DNA of 64,000 nucleotides from Thalia democratica (lineage: Eukaryota): contig OZ241830.1 of the NCBI GenBank assembly GCA_965202585.1, forward strand, positions 67,084,001 to 67,148,000. Direction: 5' to 3'. The notes under the pieces are model-generated. The model saw only the letters and a program-made list of their open reading frames with translations. It did not search any database and was not told the DNA's origin. A program made the translations under genes and the position numbers. Shown here piece after piece: positions 38,630 through 48,899 of the stretch (its first letter is position 1; every line of letters starts with the position of its first letter).

Positions 38630-39040
38630 GAGTGTTTAGTTCCAAGTGTGCGTGAAGAAATTATGAACCATTTGGAAATACTATCCAAGTCATTTGACGG
38701 ATATTTCAAAAAAGGAGAACTGGAAATTTCTGAAGAATGAATGATAAATCCATATTCTTTTAATTTGAATCACATGTCCGATGATGAATCGTTAAAAGAT
38801 GAACTTAATAAATTATGCATGAACTGTTTTCTCAAAATGCAGTTTGAAAGCGAAACTCTTGAACAATACTGGTGTTGTTCAATGAATATGTTTCCAAAAC
38901 TTAGCTAAAAAGCACTAAGTACTCTCATTTTATTCGTGACGACTTACTTGTGCGAGTCTGGATTTAGTACTATTTTGTCAACAAAAACTAAATCAAGAAA
39001 CCGCTTGAATGCACAGGCAGACATGCGAATTGCCATCATA
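38630..39040 (+). mobile_element. hAT transposase C-terminal dimerisation domain (Buster/ZBED8-like)
   Basis: YWCCSMNMFPKLS*KALSTLILFVTTYLCESGFSTILSTKTKSRNRLNAQADMRIAI. Confidence 0.92.
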
Positions 39041-39479
39041 TAAAAAGAGTTTAGCAGATTAAAGAATAAGTTTGAGATTAAAGAAATATTTAAACGAGAT
39101 CAAAGAAGCAGAAAGTCAATACGGTGACCTAGTTTAATTTTGCCCCCTTCGTTGGCAAGTCGTGGTTTAATGTTTTCACGAATCTATGGGCTAAAGAATG
39201 AAATTTCATCATTTCTTAAAGGTATAAATATATGTTTTTAAAAAATAAAACTGGATATCTAATTTAACGATTCTGATAGATTTAATATCGCATTTTAACA
39301 AGCATAACTTATTATAACTATTATATTGTAACAAGCAAAAAACAGTTGGTCAGTGAGATGTAGTTCCATGTTGGTGCTTTTAAAACAAAATCATGAGTAC
39401 AGAGAGATCATTTAAAAGAAAACAACTACACTCACTTCCTAACCCTTGAAGCTAAACCTGTTTGACATATTTCATTTAT

Positions 39480-40030
39480 AGTGACCTTGATCTTACTGGT
39501 GCAGATGCTTTTATAACGATATAGGACCACAAAAAACACTTCCCTTTTAACACTGAGTGTAGAGTCTTAAACCCAGAAAAAAATGAGTTTGGCCGCATTA
39601 GTAAGATCATTCTAGAAAAAGCGGTCAGAAATATAAGACCAAAAATGCCCCTAGTACAACTGAAAAACTCTCTAGATGTAATAACATGGTTTAAAAAAAA
39701 ATTGAAGAGAAAAATAAAAAAATATTTTATAACATTTGACATTGTAAACTTCTATCTGAGTATTAAACATCATAACCAAATAAAAGCCATAAACTTTACA
39801 AAGAAGTATACAGAAATAGAAGATAAGGACATTAAGTTAATTGAACACACATGCAAAACAATTTTAACCTATGACAATAAAAATGATGAAAATGCATCAT
39901 TCGATGTACCGATGGGCTCTTTTTTCGGCGCTGAGCTCTGAGACCTTGTGGGACTATACTTCCTACACCGCCTTAAATATATTTATAACGAGATCAGCTG
40001 ATACAGAGATGACGGCTTCGCAATTGTAGA
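39480..40030 (+). mobile_element. PLE RT fragment
   Basis: VITWF..FITFDIVNFYLSI..IEHTCKTIL..FDVPMGSFFGAEL*DLVGL..YRDDGFAIV. Confidence 0.9.
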
Positions 40031-42829
40031 CGAAAAATAGTCGAATATATTTCTTTAATAGTAGATGAAACAACGTCTATTTGTATAAATCACAAGCAGT
40101 TTAAAACTTTAGAGTTAAAAAAGCTACATGATAGAATTATGAACACATTTTAAAGAAATAAGCTGACAATGGATGTTGAAAATATAAAAATGACAAAGAA
40201 AATATTCAAAGTTGTAAAAGGACTCATCAGAGTTTAAACAAAGACATCAAGAACTCAAGGATTGTTTCAGTTTTAAAGTCAACCAAAAAAACTATTTTAA
40301 GCTTTTTATTGTGAATAAATTTTAAAATGAATTGGCATCACTTGGTAAAAAAGATGAAAACGAAAAAAAAAACGTTATTTAAAAGATGTGGTACTTAAAT
40401 ATTAATAAAACCTTTTATTATTTCGTCATACTTCAAAGTTTAACGTCTTATCAACTTTAGTTTAAATAATCACCATAATCTCTCTCTCTTTATTTGGATA
40501 TATATAAAAACTTTGATTTTAAATTATTTTGGGAGGTGACAAAAAGAGCGCATAAAATAGCACATGGTAATAACCCTGTTTGTAGGTTGTACTTTTAAGA
40601 ATCAACAACCGCTATGTATGCATTAAAAAAGGAAGGTTGTTTAAATAAGAGGAGCGAATTCATATCGTCTTGTCGACATATGAAAAAGCTCCTCTTAAAA
40701 TAAAATAAATTTTGAAGTATTTAACTGTTGTCTTAGTGAATTTCAGTTGTTTTATTAGTTAGATGGAAGATTGATTTTTGTACTGAATTTTTGTAACGCT
40801 TAATATTACGTCATACTGTTTTTTGTTTTTTTGCATAACTTTTACATCTTTGTTTAGTACAGTGCTTTTTATTTTGAATTTAACTGGCTTATGATTAGAG
40901 CTTTATGAAAAATTAAAGCATTATGAAACATATGTACCAGTAATTTTAAAATCGTACTTTTTCAATAAATTATTTAAAAGCCTTTCAAGTGAGCTCTGTA
41001 GGAGGTGTTCAACTTTGAACAATAACCTTACTTTACATCGGTTAGCCAATATTCATCTAGGAAATTAGTTATTATACCTTTGGTCAAGTTTGTTTTTTTT
41101 TAGTACAAAGTAATTCTGCTGTTTAAAATGAACTAAAATCCATAACAAATAGAGCTTCTTATATGAGTACTAAAGAGAGATGATGAAAAAGAATCAGTAT
41201 TTTTTTGATGGTAGAAATTAGAAAAAAAAGTTTCATTAGACATATTACATTGTGGCAGACCATCAAACAGCTTATTAGATTGAGATGTTGATTTCTTGTG
41301 TGAAAAACTGCTGTGGATGAAGACAAAAGCAAGAAACAATGTTTAGATATTTTGTTAAATGCTGAGTTTCTACTGAAATAAAGTTGTTTTTTAATCAATC
41401 TATTTAGAAGATCTTCTGCATAAGAATAAAATGCTAGAGTGACAGCATTTACCACAAAATAATTAACAGAAATCGTATAAAAATATCATATTGCTGCACA
41501 CCAAACGTTATGGCCCTTAAAAATTCACACAACAAAAAGCTTATGAAGAAATCAGATAAAAACGAAAAACTTTGCAACTGTAGATCAAAAACAAACTGTC
41601 TCGTGGATATTAAGTGTTGCCTAAATAACGTCATATATCAAGCTAATGTTTCCAAGTTTAGCAATTGTGATTAATGTTCAATGTATTAAATCAATTGAAG
41701 TAAAGATAATGGAGATTAAAATAGATAGTATATCGTAAGCTTCGGCAAAGATATTAGTTATTTCACCTTTAATTGAACATTTATTTTAATATCTAAGTAA
41801 TTCTGCTGTTAATAACGAACTAAAATCCATACGAATAGAACTTATTAGATAAGTACTAATGAGCGATGATGATTTGTTGGTCAAACATATGGGCTAAAGA
41901 ATGAAATTGCATCATTTCTTAAAAGTAAAAATTTATGTTTTCGAAAATTAAAACTGGATATCTAATTTAACAATTCTGATAGATCTCACATCGCATCTGA
42001 ACAAACTAAACTTAATATAAAAAGTAAAAAAATAGTTGGTCAATGAGATGTGGTTCCATATTGATGCTTTTGAAACAAAATTACAACTCTGGACATTAGG
42101 GTGCATATGTTGCCTCGACCTTGAAGTTAAGCTTAGTCTAGCTTTTTGTGGTGACAAATCACTTAAAAAACATAAAATTAGCATTTTATAACCTAATTAA
42201 AACACATAATGTTGAAGGCAAGATACCAAAAGTCGAAGAAAACAAGCGTTCTTTTCAATTTAAGATAAAGAAAAATTCTCCAATAAAATCGTAAACAGAG
42301 TCATAAACCTAAGTAAATCACCCTTCATCAAATACTCAAGAAACTTAATAAACAAAATTAATTGTACAATACGAAAACATTCTAAATTAAACCAATGGAA
42401 AAATACAGACGAAGTGATCACCTAGTTCGAATATTCAAAATTTAACAAAAACTACAGATTCATAAAATTCGATACTACCAAGTTTTACCCAAGTATAACT
42501 AAAAATAATTTAAGCATTCACTGAAAAATTTTACCAAATAACAGACTAAGAAATGAATCTAATAATACACTCTTGTATAGCAATTTTAACACATAAAACC
42601 AAACCTAGGAAAAACAAGTTCAAATCAGTTACTAAAAGTAAGTATGGGACCATTTGACGGTACAGAAATCTGCGAAGGAAAATCTTAAAATCAAAATTAA
42701 TAAGATTCACAGATCGTACAGGAATCTAACCAAATGTAAAATAGACAAGCAATGAAGTCTTGAAAGCGCTAAACAGTCATCTTTAAATGTAATTAATGCT
42801 AACGGATAATGGGGATGTCAATACAAAAT

Positions 42830-43450
42830 ATAGTTATTATTGTTAGTAAATAATAGAAAACAATTTATAGGTAGTCTTAAATATCTTAAAACAAACTTTA
42901 GAAATTTTTTAAGTAAAACTTTATAGGAAAGACCAAACCAAGAAGTCGTCATGGCTCGAGTGACTGTAACTCTAAGAAAAAGAATTAAATTTGGATGATG
43001 AACAGAGCACAATACCAAAGAAGAGTAAAAGAAAATTTGGTCAAGGTGAAGCATTTTACCAAATGAAAGTCAAAGTAAGAAGTTAATTTGTTAAACTTAA
43101 AACTTAAATTTTTTCTTATTTGTTTCTGAACAGGCTTTGCTTGCAATTTTAAAAGATAAAGTAATACAGGCTATTACCGTTAGTAATGTTACTTTAGGTA
43201 ATGTATCACCAATTTCATAGAATGAAGATGAAATAAGTATAGAAGAGGTAGACATAAAAAGTGGTAAAATAGAATGTATGCCTGAATATAATGATGATAT
43301 TTTTGTACATAATGATGAAAAGTCTGACCCGAATAATTCATATTTAATTATTTGTACTGGGATTTCATCCAAAGAAAACCTTAAAATAAGTAAACTTACT
43401 CCACCACAAGCTTTAAAACATATAGTTTCTGACAATTACACAATATAGTT
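42830..43450 (+). pseudogene. Intron-containing gene fragment of unknown identity
   Basis: ..GEAFYQMKVK|ALLAILKDK.. joined by a 59-nt GT-AG intron (43075-43133, gtaaga..tgaacag); internal stops on both sides. Confidence 0.45.
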
Positions 43451-44079
43451 GTTAGCTTTAATTTTGAATATAAAGTTGTTTTAAGGTAGATTCTTATAGT
43501 ATAAAATCAGTTGTAGATGAAACTTGTAAATTTATTCATGAATTAAACTCTAAGAATTTTTTCATATTATTTAAATTTCCAAATGAACTCATAAAAACTA
43601 AAAAAATTAACAAGCTCAAGATGAGGTAGGTTTTTGAAATAATCGAAGACATTTTAATCCCGATATGACAAAGTAAGGATTCTATTACTTACCAAAAAAT
43701 TATGTACTCATTTAATAGCATTACAGATATCTCATACAATGGTGAATGTCCATCTAACTGTTTCTGTCTTAAGCCAAAATTCATTAAAAAAATTAAAAAA
43801 GTTTTGAATGAAAACATATATAGGCCAAATCAGCTTACTATGAGTTTAATGATCTATTAAAAACCAGGAAAAATTTCAATTATCTAATGCTCAAAGTTAG
43901 AAAATCTAAAGAAGTAACAGTTAATACAAACAAATATATTGCTTTTGACCAATTTTGACAACTGACTAAGTTTGTTGGCAAATACAGCTTCTTAAGACCC
44001 AAGTATCTGAGGAAAAAAGTAATTTACCCTTTTTAGTTATTAGATCAAATATCAGTAGAATTGGATTACTTGATTTACA

Positions 44080-45459
44080 ATGTCACTATCAAGAGAGAGT
44101 TTCGCATTATGCGGTGTTGACGGCGTGGTCTACCAAGGATCCCTCAATACAGGAATGTGCAAGGAAAAACCTGATATGCCCAAAGAGTATTTTGATGCTC
44201 ACAAAAGCAAGCCAGTGATTCCAGTCTATACTATAAATGAGACTGATGATAATCTGAGAAACCTATTTAAGAAGATCAGAAATAGTATCGGCAAAGCTAA
44301 CAAGGAACTCAAGTCTGTGTCAGCTTTTATGTGGTACTTTATGGGTAAGATTGAGTCTACGTTGAAGAAGTCTTGGGTTGCCAACGGTCAATTGATAGGG
44401 AGTGAGGGACAAGTGATAACTCCAAAGTCTTTAATAAGTCCTGATCAAAAGATTTTGGAAATAGGTGTCGAGAGCGGAGTGGAAGTTTCAGAGGAGCAGG
44501 CATGGCAGTTATTCTGGGCACTCGTCGGAGCTTACAGACTCGCTTCTCTCAAGGGTAAGAGCGATTACTATGTAAAGGCAGTACAAACCAGAGTGATAGG
44601 ACATTTTAGGCTGTCTCCTTTTGAGGCGAGTGTTGGAGATACGACTCCCTTGACAATGGCTCCAATGTTAGATAAGTTAGAGTACACTGGGTTGATAGCG
44701 AGCCTCAACATGTTTTTCAATCGTTTCAGCGATCATGAGTTTGCCAGTTGCGGACTAGGCACATTATCTTCTAGATATAGAAACTGCGCCACCTTAACCA
44801 GTCTGATATCCTTCGCTTATCAAGTCAATAGAAAGTTTACAGAAGTGTTTGAACACTTTCCGTTTATGGAATTGGTTCCAGAACTTAGAAGACTTACTGA
44901 TCCTAATGAACAGGACGAGCCGGACTCGTATTCTCCGTACATAAAGGACTTCGGAATTTGCAAGGTATCTCCGTATTCATCAACTGCCAATCCTCTCATG
45001 TACACCCTGCTGCACATCACTGGCACTGCTCTAGGTCACGAGAGATCCATGAGAGCCGTAAGAGTCGGAGATGTGTCCAAAGACACATTATTGAGAATGG
45101 GGTGTATAGCTGCTATGTGCCTGAGAAATTATTCAGGTTATGAAATGATCGCTGCTAGCAATACAGAGCTTATGGAAGAAAGGAAAGCCGGTAGAAGAAG
45201 TGCAGAAGAGTATGCAACTGGACCTGAGCTTCTTAAGTATGATAGAGCTATAGCAGCTGGAACAAAGATTCCCCCAAGTTGGAAGCCTTGGTTTAGAACC
45301 GGGACTGGTTGGGATGTCTTGGAAATGCTCAGACACTCTGATGGGTTGTTTGACAGTTTCAGGAAGATGATAAAAGCCAAGATTTCATATTCCGAGATGA
45401 GACAGAATTCAATTGGCAAAATGGTACAAGAATATGTCACTGCTCCGGACTTGAGTTGA
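44080..45459 (+). CDS. N: Endogenous rhabdovirus nucleoprotein, intact 459-aa ORF
   Basis: NMFFNRFSDHEFASCGLGTLSSRYRNCATL..DSYSPYIKDFGICKVSPYSSTANP..RSMRA matches VSV N DMFFHMFKKHECASFRYGTIVSRFKDCAAL..DSYMPYLIDFGLSSKSPYSSVKNP..RARNA. Also AYRL vs LYRV. Length typical of rhabdoviral N; intronless; GC clearly higher than the flanks. Confidence 0.95.
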   Translation: MSLSRESFALCGVDGVVYQGSLNTGMCKEKPDMPKEYFDAHKSKPVIPVYTINETDDNLRNLFKKIRNSIGKANKELKSVSAFMWYFMGKIESTLKKSWVANGQLIGSEGQVITPKSLISPDQKILEIGVESGVEVSEEQAWQLFWALVGAYRLASLKGKSDYYVKAVQTRVIGHFRLSPFEASVGDTTPLTMAPMLDKLEYTGLIASLNMFFNRFSDHEFASCGLGTLSSRYRNCATLTSLISFAYQVNRKFTEVFEHFPFMELVPELRRLTDPNEQDEPDSYSPYIKDFGICKVSPYSSTANPLMYTLLHITGTALGHERSMRAVRVGDVSKDTLLRMGCIAAMCLRNYSGYEMIAASNTELMEERKAGRRSAEEYATGPELLKYDRAIAAGTKIPPSWKPWFRTGTGWDVLEMLRHSDGLFDSFRKMIKAKISYSEMRQNSIGKMVQEYVTAPDLS

Positions 45460-45491
45460 TCATAGGTTTAAGTTATAAGTTTGACCGTTCA

Positions 45492-45504
45492 CTAGAAAAA
45501 AAAA
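45492..45504 (+). terminator. Rhabdovirus-type gene-end/polyadenylation signal (CTAG-A9)
   Basis: ctagaaaaaaaaa lies 33 nt after the N stop codon and resembles the TATG(A7)/TAG(A7) transcription stop signals of Rhabdoviridae. Host AT-rich sequence follows immediately. Confidence 0.65.
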
Positions 45505-46144
45505 TATATTTTTTTTTTTGATAGAATTAGTTTGTATATTGAGGGTCCGATTGTTTATTCTACGGATTTCACCTTTTTTTTCTTACTGAGCAATTATGTA
45601 ATCGTTTAATTGTCAACAAGTTAGTCATAGTAACAATAGAATGTTATAAGCAAAAATAAAACACAAACAGTAATCTAGTTGGTCCTAGTAACAACAGAAT
45701 ATTATAATGAAAAATAAAAATAAACACTAATCAAACTAATATAAATGTGAAATTTAGCCTCATACTATTTATATTCTATACAAGATTATTATTTTATTCA
45801 AGCTATGATAACTTAAAAATTTCATCATAGCTATGTTTATTTTTAGAATTTGTTTAAAATCAAAAATGCCCAACAAATTTATAGAGTTCATTATTGAAGT
45901 TAAAGAAAAATTTCCAGAAGATATTTCAATAAATGATTTTGAAAAATTATTGTTAAAACTTAATGAATTTTATATTTTTATAAAAAAAAATTTAAAATGT
46001 TGAAAATATACTTGATTTAGATTTTTCTAAAGATTATTTATTTTTCTCTCACAGGGAATCAACAAATAGTTCACCTAGTACACATGGTGATCTTGACTCA
46101 GGTCCATCAAAATTGGTTAAGAAAGGATTGGTACCAAATCTACT

Positions 46145-46747
46145 AGAGGATCTGGGAGAGGGCAAAAAGCAAGGAAATCATAGTTAGCCTAGATGACAAA
46201 ACTTTTGGCACAGACGTTAATGACATCGTTTTCATTTGGCTCGTTCGAGGAACAAACTTTGAAAGAATCAAGAGAGGCCTAAGCGACAAGACTAAAAATC
46301 GCTTGAATACTCTGATCAGTAGGTACGGCTTTAAGGGTCGTTCGATCAACCAAGAAACTAAGGCGATGGAACGTCTGCAAAATGATGATCTTACAGTTTC
46401 TCGTTTCTATGATATTTATCCCATGAGAGTGTGGGCCGTGTGGAATAATCCCAAGTTGACAGAAAGACCAGACTTCTTAACATTTACTCATCTCACTAAG
46501 GCTGAAAAAGAATTTATCAGAAATTTTAGGTGTCCCTCATTGCCTTACCTTCAAAACAAAGGATGACGGTTCAAAAGACATCTCAGATTTTCGCAACATT
46601 CTTGTGACTCATGCTATTGTTCTGACTGATTTTGATCGACTAATGTTCTCATGGGTTAGGAAGAGAGAAAATATGCCTGATGAATTTAAACCTAGAATTG
46701 AGTTTATTCAGCAAATCATCAAGAAAAAGGCTAATAGAAGTCTTTAA
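46145..46747 (+). pseudogene. Endogenous phenuivirus-like nucleocapsid, central and C-terminal part
   Basis: About 400 bp near-identical to 32860-33251. After one frameshift it continues FKTKDDGSKDISDFRNILVTHAIVLTDFDRLMFSWVRK..KKKANRSL*, comparable to phlebovirus ILDAHSLYLLQFSRVIN. Confidence 0.8.
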
Positions 46748-47849
46748 TCAGCAATAGATGAGCTAAATCAAGAAACCGGATAAGAAAATATGTAAAACTA
46801 TTTAAAAGTCATTAGTAAACAGGTATGAGTTATTAAAATGGTTTTAAGAGGTGGTTAAAAGAGTAATACAAGACATAAAATTTCGTGTTGTTTCATATGA
46901 CGAACGACAATTAGCTGTAGCAAGGGAAAAGATAAAATTAAATCCTTGCGCACGTCTTTACATCGGTGTTACCGGAAATCTCGTCAATAAATGGAATGGA
47001 AGAGAAGTCTTTAACACTGCAAGTGTGTTCAAATGTTAGATAAGCTAATAGCATATTTAATTTTCTGGAAGTTTAGTTTTAGGCTCTTCGACAATTACTT
47101 GAAATACTACCTATGTTTATAAACAACAATGAACGATCTGAAACATACTAAAAATAAACTTACTTTTAGGAGCTACATATCAAAAATAAATGATAAACCA
47201 GACCATTTTAAAGCTGATATTACCAAAGAATTGTTGAGTAAACTTTATGATTCTACAATGAAAAAGGTAAAAACTGGAGTCATAAATGTAAAACTGCAAG
47301 ATAACTGGATAGGAGTCATAATATGTAAAATGCTTAAATCGTTAAGTATCAATTTTGTTTTATCTTTTCAGGTTATTTGTAGTATAAAACAAAAAAAAAT
47401 TCTAATTGTTGTTTTGTCGGCCACAGGGACGTAGCTAGCTCAAAAAAGTTACGAGTCTGCAAAAATTAAAACATCTGAAATAACGCGTGATAACGACCTA
47501 GCAGGAACACAGCAATTTAAACTACCTCTAATGTTATTAAATTTAATCTGAAAATATGCAGTTATGTTAATACATCAAAAATGGAATGTGGAAGTACGAG
47601 TGATAACTGTAAGGCAATTTAGTGAGATCAAAGAAGCGGAAAGTCAAAACGGTGACCTAATTTAATTTTCCCCCTTCGTTAGTCAAGTCATGATTTAATG
47701 TTATCACGAATATATGGGCTAAAGAATGAAATAGCATCATTTCTTAGAAGTAAAAATATAAAAATATACGTTTACGAAAATTAAAACTGGATATCTAATT
47801 TAACAATTCTGATAGATTTTGTATCGCATCTGAACAAAATTAACTTGTT

Positions 47850-48170
47850 ATAGCAGACGAGACAACTGATATTAGTGTCCAAAATCAGCTGTCAATCGTT
47901 TTAAAATACATACACTAAGAAAATGTTGTTGAGAGATTCTGATTAAGGCAATTTTCAAAATCCAGTTGCTAGAATTAGAAAGTCAATCATAACAGACCAT
48001 GAGTCTGTAAATCTCTCTGCTGCTGCAAAAGAGGTTTGCGACAGTGTACATCTAAATGTTGCAGAAAGGTTTAAGTTTTCTGGCCAAGAACTGTATATTT
48101 TAAGTAGGACAAAAAAAAATAATTTAGGAGTAGCTTTAAATATCAGAATAATTTTGTATAGCCTAGGATA
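47850..48170 (+). mobile_element. hAT (ZMYM1/DUF4371-like) transposase fragments
   Basis: DETTDISVQNQLSIVLKYI..VVERF, then ..EVCDSVHLNVAERFKFSG. A related LIVDETTS fragment lies at ~40060. Confidence 0.7.
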
Positions 48171-48899
48171 ATTATGCCTGAAAGACCAGTGTTTTTTTTT
48201 TTTTTGACAGATGGAAAACTTTAACACGTTTTTGAGTGCAAACACAATGAACACTTTTAAAAAATTAAAGTTGTAAAATTAAATAGTTATTTTAATTTTC
48301 TCTAAAAACTTTTACACTAATTGCAGAAACGTGCAGTCTGGACCCACTACTGCGTTCTATTGGACGAAATATATTTTGTGAAAGATGCTAAAGAACAATT
48401 CGAGATTATCACTGCTAACTAGAGACCAACTACTTCGTACTGTATGACAAATCTGGTTTTGCAAAAAAAAAGATAAAGAGTTAAAGATAATAACGTACCA
48501 ACTATCACGTACGTACGTTAGCGACCACATGAGTGCCAGCATTCAAGTACCCATTTGCTACGCCAAGCTGTTGGCACTCGGATCCAGGCAGTATTAAAAC
48601 GGAGAAAACCTAAATCAAATAGGTTTTGCTTGACTTAAATTTTTATGGAGTTGTGATCATAACTAGAGGAAAAGCAAATTGAGGTAAATCAGTAGCTCGG
48701 CAAGATATAGCAGTTAATTTATTTTTGCAGTGGGTGTTTTGTTATGTATACACAAAATCATTAAATGCGGTCAAGGCAAAACTTGAATCTATTTGTAAGT
48801 CTTCAAAACATTAGCAACATTTTCTTACAAGAAGAGAGGTGAAATGTATTATACAAAACCAAATGTGTTTTGAGAATCAATCTCTTTTCGACATCATAG

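Noticed and set aside
43097-43435. 112-aa - strand membrane-protein ORF
   Set aside because: The + strand reading with a canonical intron explains the segment better; hydrophobicity is expected from the antisense of an A-rich frame.
44820-45440. Antisense and alternate-frame ORFs overlapping N (similar ones over the phenui and toti EVEs)
   Set aside because: Shadow ORFs of higher-GC coding sequence with no recognisable motifs.
44080-45459. Viral contamination or misassembly of an exogenous virus
   Set aside because: An RNA virus would not be in a DNA assembly. Only N is present, joined to host modules, and the neighbouring EVEs carry genomic decay. Long-read confirmation is still advisable.
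29450-48000. Hammerhead ribozymes or intact Penelope/Terminon elements
   Set aside because: The few CTGATGA hits lack flanking stems and a matching GAAA; all PLE pieces are short and frameshifted.
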